NCBI GenBank assembly: GCA_037447605.1
Contig: CM074804.1
Coordinates: 1,488,001 to 1,552,000, forward strand
Reading direction: 5' to 3'
Source of the DNA: Zygnema circumcarinatum SAG 698-1b
Taxonomy: Eukaryota; Plantae; Zygnematophyceae
Length of the DNA: 64,000 nucleotides
Every line of letters begins with the position of its first letter. Positions within the stretch are counted from its first letter, which is position 1. This document shows positions 1 through 13,801 of the stretch, piece by piece. The position numbers and the translations under genes are program-made. The notes under the pieces were generated by a model. It made no database searches and was not told the origin of the DNA. It saw only the letters and a program-made list of their open reading frames with translations.

Positions 1-284
1 GACGTCGGCGAGTTTCAAACTTTGCGCAGAGTAGAAAACTCGGTTCGCGGGGAGGCGGCCCAGACCGTACGGACGGACAGCTGGCGCGCTGAGAGGGCTC
101 GGGCTTCGCAGGGTTCAAGGCGTCCTTTTCAGCGTTCAGGGCCGTACGGACGGCGGGCCTCTCGCTAGTGAGACCGACCTTCCTTGGACTTTTTCTTTTT
201 TTTGAATTGAGAGGCGCAGGGTGTGATTTTGGGGTTCAGAGCCCATTTTTTTTTTCTAATTTCAATTTAGGCCCCATCGAAGCC

Positions 285-4029
<3,745 letters not shown>

Positions 4030-5102
4030 AGGGAGAAAAAATAGAAAAAAAAAAAAAATGCAAAGTGGAAAATTGAGTATGGTAAATAGTGTTGTTTTTG
4101 CAAGATTTGTATGATATTTTTTTTGACTTGTATCCATTTGTCAAAAAAAGAAAGGGGGGGGGGGAGGGGGAATTTTTGTTACCAAACTAAGAAGGCGTGT
4201 AGGGTTCTTCCTATGGTGTAAGAGGAGATTAAAGCTTTAGAGTGTCTGTGTGCGTCTCCCTCTCTCTCTATCTCTCTCTCTCGCTCTTTCTCTCTCCCCT
4301 CCCTCTCTCTCCTCTCTCCCGTCGAGTCGCCTGCACAGAATTTGGCGGACAAAAGGCTTTCGGCGGACGGACAGTTCTGCACTGCGAGCGAAAATAGACC
4401 CACTGCGAGCCACCCGTCTTTGCTAAAAAAGAATAATTATAGTGGACAATATGATATGTGATTGAGCCACCGCAGAAAACATGCCTAGGAAGAGACACGT
4501 AGAGCTGTTGGCATTTTGCAGCTAAATGTTCGCAGTTTGTTATGACAGAAACTGCTTTCCTAAGGAAAATTAAACTAACTGCCAACAAAATTGTTTTGCC
4601 ATCAAAGCCTGACGTGGTTTTCCTTCACTTTCATATGAAAGAGGCGCAGTCGGTCCTCCCTCTCGTCCCTTCCCCCCTCTCGCCAATCCTTCCTGCCATC
4701 CTGCAGCTCTGCACTTTCAGCTCCTTCCTTCTCTATGTCCAAGAAGCCGCCTCCTGCTCATGTCCTAAAAGCACTGACAATCCTAATACATTTAAGAAAA
4801 GAAACCTTCTATTTATTTTTGAAGTAAGATAATTATTATTTAAAGACGCATTTATAGATCCATAAATTCCCGCATTTCGCGTAGAAAAATAGACGACGAC
4901 GACATAGACATAGTCATAGACATAGACATAGACGTTCCTAAAAATGCACATGTTCCGTGTACCAAGAGGCCAATACATGTAGGAAAAAAGGAAACAGACA
5001 GTACAGGTGAAAAAAAAGCGAACCCTTTAGGCCACGTAGTCAAAGCTAGTCTAATCAGAAGTAGTCAAGATCGGCCAACTTCAAGTAGCTACTTCTTCAC
5101 TC

Positions 5103-6351
5103 TCAACTCTGCTTAGGAAAGTATCTCTGGGCGAGATGGTAGACAAATTCTTTATCGTCTTGTATGGGAGCCTTCTTAAACTTCTTCTTTCCTGTGGTTG
5201 AAGGAGGGGAAGATGCCTTTGTCTCTATTTCAGGGACTTCTTTTTTGTTGCATGAGGTGTTGATGTGATTCTTCTGCTTGAGCCATCTCAGAGTCATCTT
5301 CATTTGGGTCTTGCTCTTCATACCGGCGGCCTGCACTTTTCCCGGGGGAGTTATTAGAAAAGCGAAGTTTGTAGGGGGTACAGTAAAGGGTCTTTCGGGA
5401 TCGCAAAGAAAGATTACTGCAATAGGGCTTCAGGAGGGTTCAGGAGCTTCAAGCACGTAGGGAGAGGAGGCTTGAGAGCTACGAATCCTCTCATACTAAA
5501 AAGAGAACCAGAAGGAGACCTGAAAATACGGAGGCGGTTAAGGGAGACCGGGAGAGAAGGCGACTTTGATAGAATACACAATAAGGCACATAGAAGCAGT
5601 TCAATGTTAATGTCATGTTAGGATAGTTATCTGAGGGCGAAATTTTGCATTTCAGGCGAAGATTCGAGGACTTCAGGGACACTCTTTTTCACTGAGCCAA
5701 AGTCAGATGCATAAAAAAGCGGAATCTTTGCCCAATTCTGCTTCATGCCGCTATCTCCTCTCTTCCACTTTCCTCTGCTCACCCTAGCCCCCTTCTTCTA
5801 CCCCCCCCTCTCCCCCTCACTCCGGTTCTTCCTCTCTTCTCCTTGACTCTTACATCCCTTCCTCTCACCTCCCTTCCCTCTCTCTCTCCCCATCCACTCC
5901 TTCCATTTCCGACTCTGCATCTTCCAGCTCTTTCCCTATCCCCCTTCCAATTCCCCTCTATCCCTCACTGACTCTTCCTCCCTCCCTCTCATTTCCTTCC
6001 CCCCCACTCTCTCCTCCTCCCCTCTCTCATCCTCACTCTGACTGCCTCTCCCTCCCTGACCTCCTTTCCCCTCCCTCGTCCCTCTCTCTCACTCCCTTCC
6101 CTTCCCCTCCCTCTGCCCTCCCTCTCACTCCCTCCCATCCCGCCCCGGCCCTCCTATGAACTCTCCCTGTCTCTCTCCCACCCCACCCCGCCCCTCTCCC
6201 TCTCTCTCACCTCCGCATGCTGCCATATGTCATGCTTGTTCAGCGTGCCGTGCTGCTTCAGAATCTTCACAATCACCGCCGCCGGTCCAATCTCCGCCGC
6301 CTCTCCGGTGTGCGCTTCGCGCACTGCGAGCCGCACCAAGGACCGAAACAT
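5103..6351 (-). CDS. Small basic protein (about 122 aa, 2 exons 6351-6211 and 5330-5103), possibly mitochondrial; resembles a plant family of small organellar ribosome-associated proteins
   Basis: MFRSLVRLAVREAH...IVKILKQHGTLNKHDIWQHAE|AAGMKSKTQMKMTLRWLKQKNHINTSCN...KEFVY. Phase-0 GT-AG intron and a presequence-like N-terminus. The family resemblance (I/VKEHGPL..TW..GL.SKRHMKIVLRWM..ICN..KQFLY) is from memory only. Confidence 0.7.
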
Positions 6352-7429
6352 AGCGCCCCTGTCGACGATTTTAGGGTTCAGGGACAACGCTCAGGGATGC
6401 TGCAAAACCCTAAGAGCCCTGCACACTCTAAACATGCGAAAATTCCAGCCCAAGTCCAAGCGAATGGAGGAGCTGAAAGTCATAGAGGGGTGCGAATTGA
6501 CGATTCTTTTTCTAAGGCGGAGAGGGAAAGGCTCTCATAGGCGTTTTGCAGAAGCGGCCATGGCGAATAAGAGAGGGAGAGATAGGAACGGTGGTGTGAG
6601 AGAGAGGGGGAGGGAGCGGGAGAGTTCTGGAGCAACGCAAACCCTAATCGGCGGCGACGAATGCGGCCGCGGAGGCGTTTTCGGTTTCTAGTTTTCGGTT
6701 TTTTGCCGTCGCCGCCGTACGGTAAACCGAGAATTAGGGGGAGTCAGACTTAGACCAGCGCCAAATCAATTCAGAAAGCCCCCGACCCTAATTCCGCGTT
6801 GTACGGCAGCCCAATTCCGCGAAAAGTGGACGTTCGACAGGCTCGGGCGTCACGAATTCCAGAGAGCAATTATTTTGCCTCCGTATCTCCGGGCCAAGTC
6901 TGACTCCCCCCTTTTCGCCCCCCCGCGCTCCCTCCGCCGCCTGCCGCCCGCCGCCCTCCGTTTTGTCGCTACGCGCGTCACCACCGCGCGAGCGGCGTCC
7001 CGCCGCGGCGCCTCGCGCCCGCCGCCTGCCCGCCTGCTCGCTCGCTGCGAGCTCATATCAGCTCGGGTTTAGGGTTTAGGGCTCCTCCCTCGCCATGGCC
7101 GAGCTATCCTTGCAGCGGAACGAGCAGAGCGTCCTCTCGCCTCACCCCAGTGAACGGTGAGCGGTGTGCCGTCGACCACGGCAAGAGCGCGATCGGTTTA
7201 TGGGGACGACGGCGGACTTGAGCAGCGGTGAGTCCTTGCCCTTGCCCCTGCCTCCCTTACCCTTGCCCCTGCCTCCCGTGCCCTTGCACCTGCCTCCCTT
7301 GCCCTTGCCTCTGCACCTGCCTTCCCTGCCCTTCCCCCTGCCTCCCTTTCCCTTGCCCCTGCCTCCTGTGCTCTTGCACCTGCCCCTGCCTCCCTCGCCT
7401 TTGCTCATGCATCCTTTGTCTCCCTTGGT

Positions 7430-8400
7430 GCTCTTTTTGCTACTGCTGCTGTTGCTGCTTTTTATGCTGCTGTTGTTGATGTTGCTCCTGCTTCTTATGC
7501 TGTTGCTTTTTTTGCTCTTGGTTTTTTTGCTGCTGCTGCTGCCTCTTCTTCTTCATCTGCTGTTTCTGCTGTTGTTGTTGTGCTGCTGCCGCTGCTACTG
7601 CTGTTGATACTGTTTCTGCTGCTACATCTCCTGCTGCTGCAGTTGATGTTGCTGTTGCTTTTTTTGCTCTTGGTTTTTTTGCTGCTGCTGCTGCCTCTTC
7701 TTCTTCATCTGCTGTTTTTGCTGTTGTTGTTGTGCTGCTGCCGCTGCTACTGCTGTTGCTGCTGTTTCTGCTGCTACTGCTGCAGCTCTAGTCGCTTCTT
7801 ATCCTGCTGCTACTGCTACAGCTCCTGCTGCTACTGTTGCTACTGTTGCTGCTGTTGTTGCTATTGCTGCTGTTACTGCTGTTGTTGTGTTGCTGCTGCT
7901 GTTGCTGCTGTTTCTGCTGCTGCTGCTGCTGTTGCTGCTGTTGCTGCTGTTGTTGCTTTTTTTGCTCTTGGTTTTTTTGCTGCTGCTGCTGCCTCTTCTT
8001 CTTCATCTGCTGTTTTTGGTGTTGTTGTTGTGCTGCTGCCGCTGCTACTGCTGTTGCTGCTGTTTCTGCTGCTGCTGCTGCAACTCTAGTCGCTTCTTAT
8101 CCTGCTGCTACTGCTACAGCTCCTGCTGCTACTGTTGCTACTGTTGCTGCTGTTGTTGCTATTGGTGTTGTTACTGCTGTTGTTGCTATTGTTGTTCCCG
8201 TTGCTGCTGCTGGTGTTGCTGTTGTTGCTACTGTTGTTCCCGTTGCTGCTCCTGTTGCTGCTTCTTTTTCTGTTGCTATTGCTATTTGTTGTTACTCTTG
8301 CTGCTGCTGTTTATGCTGCTGCTATTGTTGATGCTGCTGCTGCTTCTTTTTGTGGTGTTGCTTTTTCTGCTTTCGCTTTTATGTTGTTACTGCTGCAGCA
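7430..8400 (+). repeat. Degenerate (CTG/TTG)n low-complexity array with about 170-bp internal triplication (left arm)
   Basis: A block containing CTTCTTCTTCATCTGCTG...TGCTGCCGCTGCTACTGCTG recurs at about 7545, 7700 and 8000. Confidence 0.9.
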
Positions 8401-8635
8401 AAATTTTATTATTTTTTGGATGCTGCATTTGGTATTCTGCATTCTGCATTCCTCATTTCGCATTCCTTATTCCGCATTTTGCCTCCCTTGCCCATGCCCT
8501 AGCCTCCTTTGCCTTTGCCCCTTGCTGTGTTGCCCTTGCCTCTGTCTTCCCTTCCTTTTGCTTGTGCCTCCCGTTCCTTCGCTTATGCCATTGCTACGTA
8601 TATGAGTGTGTGCTATTCCTCCCCTTCCCCATTAA

Positions 8636-8706
8636 GTCAAAGTGGCGGATTGGTTACGCAACTGTTGCAAAACAGTCATAAAGGGGTTCAAATCCCCTCT
8701 TTGACT
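8636..8706 (+). pseudogene. tRNA-Cys(GCA)-like unit 1 with a 6-nt anticodon loop
   Basis: GTCAAAG/CTTTGAC acceptor stem, GCG/CGC D-stem with GGTTA loop, ACTGT-TGCAAA-ACAGT, AGGGG-TTCAAAT-CCCCT, discriminator T. Confidence 0.8.
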
Positions 8707-9038
8707 TGTAGTGTTTATTCATTCTTCTATTTTTATTTATTTAAAGTTTTTGTCTATTTGCTTCATATACCAAACATATGTTGTTATTTTTTCTAGTTGT
8801 TTTTATTCTATCTATCCATTCATTATTCTATATATTATTCTATCTGCTTCTGCTGCTGCTATTGCTGTCGCAGCATGCTTTTTTTTTGCTGTTACATTCT
8901 GCATTCCGCATTCCCTATTTGGCATTCCGCATTCCGCATTCTGCATTCTGCCTCCCTCGCCTCAGTCTACCGCCTCCAGTTCCTTTGCCTATGGTTGTGT
9001 TGTGTATGAGTGTATGTTATTCCTCCCCTTCCAATTAA

Positions 9039-9109
9039 GTCGAAGTGGTGGATTGGTTACACAACTATTGCAAAACAGTAATAAAAGGGTTCAAATTCCC
9101 TCTTCGACT
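9039..9109 (+). pseudogene. tRNA-Cys-like unit 2
   Basis: GTCGAAG/CTTCGAC acceptor, GTG/CAC D-stem, one mismatch in the anticodon stem and one in the T stem. Confidence 0.75.
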
Positions 9110-9942
9110 TGTAGTGTTTATTCTATTTTTATTCATTTATAGTTTTTGTGTTTTTGCTTCATATGTCAAATATTTGTTGTTATTTTTTTGTTGTCTTTTT
9201 TGCTTTTTACCTTTATTTGTTTCAATTGATGAGATTGTATAAATGGTTCTGAATCTTCCTTGTAGCATACACTACTACTCTTTCTTTGTTGTTATAAAAA
9301 CACATTAACGCAAATAATTTATGCACATATATACATACACACAAACATATATAAAAATACTTTTTGTGTACAAAATAAAAACCATGTCTCATTATAAAAA
9401 CTTGTACATTCATTCTCAATTTAGTAAGTACTGGCGTCACTATGACACCCCCCCTGGCCTCCTTCCCTCCCTCTCTTTGTGCACACACTTTTTTGAGTTC
9501 TCCTGTATTCTACTTTAAGCCATTCTAACTGCAAATAATATCATGTTTTAACATTAAAAGATTTTTTACGCTGCTCCAATAATGTGTAATCTTTGTTCTT
9601 CTTGAGAATCTTATATTTGTAATTTTTGTTCTTCTTCTTCATCTTGGATTCGCCTTGCCTCAGTAAACTCTCATTGTTGTTTCTCCCACTCCAGTCTTTG
9701 TCGTTGCATCTTCACTTGAGATTCCACACAAGCCATTACTTTGTGTTTCATTTGTACATTCATGGGAGAAGCGTATTCAATGTTCTAAATTGCGCTACAA
9801 CAACAACCCAATTCAAAGTTTTGAAGGAGATGGTAAAGAGCAATAAAAACAACTAAAAAAAATACCAACAAATGTTTGGCATATAAAGCAAAAACACAAA
9901 AACTTTAAATAAATAAAAATAGAAGAATAAAAAAACACTACA

Positions 9943-10021
9943 AGTTGAAGTGGGGATTTGAACCCCTTTATTACTGTTGCAATGTTTTGCAACGGTTGCG
10001 TAACCAATTCGCCACTTTGAC
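9943..10021 (-). pseudogene. tRNA-Cys-like unit 3 with an 8-nt insertion in the anticodon arm
   Basis: The reverse complement reads GTCAAAGTGGCGAATTGGTTACGCAACCGTTGCAAAACATTGCAACAGTAATAAAGGGGTTCAAATCCCCACTTCAACT. Confidence 0.72.
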
Positions 10022-10394
10022 TTAATGGGGAGAAGGAGGAATGACATACAATCATACACACAACAGTAGCATAAGCAAAGGAATGAGGGGCACAAGCAAA
10101 GGCAAGGAAGACAAAGGCAAGGGCAACACAACAAGGGGCAAAGGCAAAGGAGGCTGGGGCAGGTGCAAGGGAGGCAAAATGCGTATTGCAAAATGCAGCA
10201 TCAAAAACAAAAAAAAATGAATGCTGCAACAGCAGCAAGAGCAACAGCCGCAGCAGATAGGATAAAATATAGAATAAAGAATAGATAGATAGAGTAAAAA
10301 CAACTAAAAAAAAATAACAACAAATATTTGGCATATGAAGCAAAAACACAAAAAGTTTAAATAAATAAAAATAGAAAAGTGAATAAACACTACA

Positions 10395-10464
10395 AGTTGA
10401 AGAGGGGATTTGAACCCCTTATTACTGTTTTGCAACAGTTGCGTAACCAATTCGCCACTTCAAC
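10395..10464 (-). pseudogene. tRNA-Cys-like unit 4
   Basis: GTTGAAG/CTTCAAC acceptor. All four stems are perfectly paired and the anticodon loop TGCAAA is 6 nt. Confidence 0.8.
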
Positions 10465-10699
10465 TTAATAGGGAGAGGGAGGAATGACATACAATCATAC
10501 ACACAACAAAAGCATAAGCAAAGGAACGAGGGGCACAAGGCAAGGAAGACAGAGGCAAGGGCAACACAACAAGGGGCAAAGGCAAGGGAGGCTGGAGCAG
10601 GTGCAAGGGAGGCAGAATGCGGAATGCGGAATGCGGAATGCCGAATGCGGAATGGGGAATGCGGAATGCAGAATGCGAAATGCAGCAGCCAAAAAAAAA

Positions 10700-11290
10700 A
10701 TGAATGCTGCTGTGCAACAAAAAAAAATAATGAATGCTGTAGCAGCAGCAGCAAGAGCAGCAACCGCAACAGCAAGAGCAGCAACCGCAACAGCAGCAGC
10801 AGCAGCAGGAGGAGCAGGAGTAGGAGTAGGAGCAGCAGCACAGCAACAGCAGCAGCAAAAAAAGAAGCAGAAGCAATAGAAGCAGAAGCAGTAGAAAAAG
10901 CAGCAGCAAAAAAAACAGAAGCAATAAGAGCAACAGCAGAAGCAGAAGCAGCAGCAGCAGCACCAACAGCAACAACAACAGCAGTAGTAGCAGCAGCACC
11001 ACCACCAACAGCAACAACAACAGCAGTAGTAGCAGCAGCAGCAGAAAAAAAAGCAGCAGCAGTAGCAACAGCAGCAGCAGCAGTAACAACAGCAGAAGCA
11101 GAAGCAGCAGCCAGCACCAGCAGCAAGAGCAGCAGCAGCAATAGCAGCAGCAGTAGCAGCAGCAGCAGCAGGAGGAACAACAGCAGCACGAGCAACAGCA
11201 GCACAGCAATAGCAACAGCAGCAGAAAAAGAAGCAGCAAAAAAAAAACCAGCAGCAGCAGCAGCAGTAAGAGCAGCAAGGGAGACAAGGG
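10700..11290 (-). repeat. Degenerate (CAG)n array on + strand (right arm of the foldback element)
   Basis: AGC/AGC/AAC-rich run that is the reverse-complement counterpart of the 7430-8400 array. Confidence 0.9.
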
Positions 11291-12044
11291 AGGCATGGGC
11301 CAGGGCGAGGGAGGCAGGGGCAGGTGCAAGGGCAAGGACTCGCCGCTGCTCAACTCCGCCGTCGTCACTTCGCGTCCTCGCTGACCACTCTCCCGTGGTG
11401 CTTATGAGGTCCGTGAGGACGTGGTTGCCGCAAGGTGGGTGTTGTTGGTGGGAGAAAAAGAAACCCTAAATTGTGCCAGCCCTGCAACGCTGCTCTGCGC
11501 GGCGGCGGGTCGCGGCGTCCGGGCGGCGGCCGTGAGGCGCTCGCACGTGCGTGACGCGCATGGCGACAAGGCGGGGCACGATTCCTGATCGGCGGAAAGC
11601 TGGAATTTCGAAACGGGGGGCCTCTGGAGGCCCCCCGTTTCGGAGCGCGGAATTCTGAAATTTGGGGACATTTTTGTAGCCTATTCCGCCGTACGGACGT
11701 GACAGACAGGTTCGGGGGGAGCCGCGGTTTCCGATCCGAATTCGGAAATCGAAATCAATACCTTTCCGCGGTCGAAATCTTGCAATTCCGCGGGCGATGG
11801 TCAAGGTCTGACTCCCCCTATTACCATAGCACAGCATAGAAACGAAATTTAGGACATGTTTAGCTGATAGTAGAATTTCGGCATGTTTGAGGGCGACACA
11901 TTTAACTGCAAGCAGTCGTGATTGACACCAGGATGTGAATTTCGCACATAGAAAACAAAATTAGGAAACGAAATTGTGGTAGCAGGATTTGTGCTTTCAT
12001 TCGGAGAGCTTGCACTTTTGCATCCACGGAGTCGNNNNNNNNNN

Positions 12045-13322
12045 GCAGCAACCGCAACAGCAAGAGCAGCAACCGCAACAGCAGCAGCAGCAGCAGGAGG
12101 AGCAGGAGTAGGAGTAGGAGCAGCAGCACAGCAACAGCAGCAGCAAAAAAAGAAGCAGAAGCAATAGAAGCAGAAGCAGTAGAAAAAGCAGCAGCAAAAA
12201 AAACAGAAGCAATAAGAGCAACAGCAGAAGCAGAAGCAGCAGCAGCAGCACCAACAGCAACAACAACAGCAGTAGTAGCAGCAGCACCACCACCAACAGC
12301 AACAACAACAGCAGTAGTAGCAGCAGCAGCAGAAAAAAAAGCAGCAGCAGTAGCAACAGCAGCAGCAGCAGTAACAACAGCAGAAGCAGAAGCAGCAGCC
12401 AGCACCAGCAGCAAGAGCAGCAGCAGCAATAGCAGCAGCAGTAGCAGCAGCAGCAGCAGGAGGAACAACAGCAGCACGAGCAACAGCAGCACAGCAATAG
12501 CAACAGCAGCAGAAAAAGAAGCAGCAAAAAAAAAACCAGCAGCAGCAGCAGCAGTAAGAGCAGCAAGGGAGACAAGGGAGGCATGGGCCAGGGCGAGGGA
12601 GGCAGGGGCAGGTGCAAGGGCAAGGACTCGCCGCTGCTCAACTCCGCCGTCGTCACTTCGCGTCCTCGCTGACCACTCTCCCGTGGTGCTTATGAGGTCC
12701 GTGAGGACGTGGTTGCCGCAAGGTGGGTGTTGTTGGTGGGAGAAAAAGAAACCCTAAATTGTGCCAGCCCTGCAACGCTGCTCTGCGCGGCGGCGGGTCG
12801 CGGCGTCCGGGCGGCGGCCGTGAGGCGCTCGCACGTGCGTGACGCGCATGGCGACAAGGCGGGGCACGATTCCTGATCGGCGGAAAGCTGGAATTTCGAA
12901 ACGGGGGGCCTCTGGAGGCCCCCCGTTTCGGAGCGCGGAATTCTGAAATTTGGGGACATTTTTGTAGCCTATTCCGCCGTACGGACGTGACAGACAGGTT
13001 CGGGGGGAGCCGCGGTTTCCGATCCGAATTCGGAAATCGAAATCAATACCTTTCCGCGGTCGAAATCTTGCAATTCCGCGGGCGATGGTCAAGGTCTGAC
13101 TCCCCCTATTACCATAGCACAGCATAGAAACGAAATTTAGGACATGTTTAGCTGATAGTAGAATTTCGGCATGTTTGAGGGCGACACATTTAACTGCAAG
13201 CAGTCGTGATTGACACCAGGATGTGAATTTCGCACATAGAAAACAAAATTAGGAAACGAAATTGTGGTAGCAGGATTTGTGCTTTCATTCGGAGAGCTTG
13301 CACTTTTGCATCCACGGAGTCG
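12045..13322. other. Apparently exact 1278-bp copy of 10757-12034 directly after a 10-N gap; probable assembly overlap
   Basis: Constant offset of 1288 with identical ORFs in the track (11402..11671 vs 12690..12959). Copy 1 ends at the gap (12035-12044). Confidence 0.88.
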
Positions 13323-13801
13323 CAGTTCTATTTCCGTTCATTCCTTCCATTATAAAATGCGAATTGACTTGTGGAGAATTTTTCACTGCAAGCACTCCGA
13401 TGGCCTGTGAGTCTTCAACTGGAACTGTAACTGTAACCGAAATTCAAACTGCGACTGAGACTGAGACCAGGACATACTTTACGCGCTCAAAGAACTCGAG
13501 CAGACAAACTTTAACCAGAATTCCAATGCCACAGAAATAGACCATAGAGATCGAACACCACTAGTGAGCTGCCTATGTCTGCAGCCCTAGTTCCGTTCTC
13601 CCTACGAAGCAACAAACCCTGATGTTTTAAAGAATGCAGGAGCTCCAATATATGGTTCCACACAATAATTTACAAACGTGAATCCCTGCTAAACGCCGTG
13701 CTTCCTTGAAACGGAAATCCTGCAGCATGCAGGAAGGTCTAAAACCACCCAAAGAAAGCAGCGATGTGAACAAGTCCTAACATTCAGCCTAGCCTACTTT
13801 A

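Larger units (their letters stand above)
6737..11818. mobile_element. Non-autonomous TIR-bounded foldback-like element, about 5.1 kb, with about 2-kb internal inverted arms
   Basis: GGGGGAGTCAGAC at 6737 and GTCTGACTCCCCC ending at 11818, flanked by TA on both sides. Subterminal AATTCCGCG motifs at both ends. Homologous arms at about 7200-9240 (+) and 11370-9850 (-). No transposase ORF. Confidence 0.65.

Noticed and set aside
4268-4832. Short ORFs between PAC2 and the small basic gene
   Set aside because: No recognisable motif or splice structure; possibly decayed TE sequence.
6737-6911. Independent 175-bp MITE formed by the left TIR and the nearby inverted copy
   Set aside because: The right flank is TTTT, so there is no target duplication. 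The distant TIR at 11818 gives a TA/TA match. Not fully excluded.
8636-10464. Calling these functional tRNA-Cys genes
   Set aside because: All have a 6-nt anticodon loop or an insertion, and they sit in a repeat. They are reported as tRNA-like relics.
7164-12656. Poly-L/C/A/Q/S ORFs up to 302 aa, possible polyQ protein
   Set aside because: All frames are open because of trinucleotide repeats. There is no domain, codon structure or splice pattern, and the two arms do not conserve a frame.
12045-13322. Tandem duplication of the right end of the foldback element
   Set aside because: The copy appears identical and abuts a 10-N gap, which is typical of unmerged contig overlap. Long reads are needed before treating it as biology.
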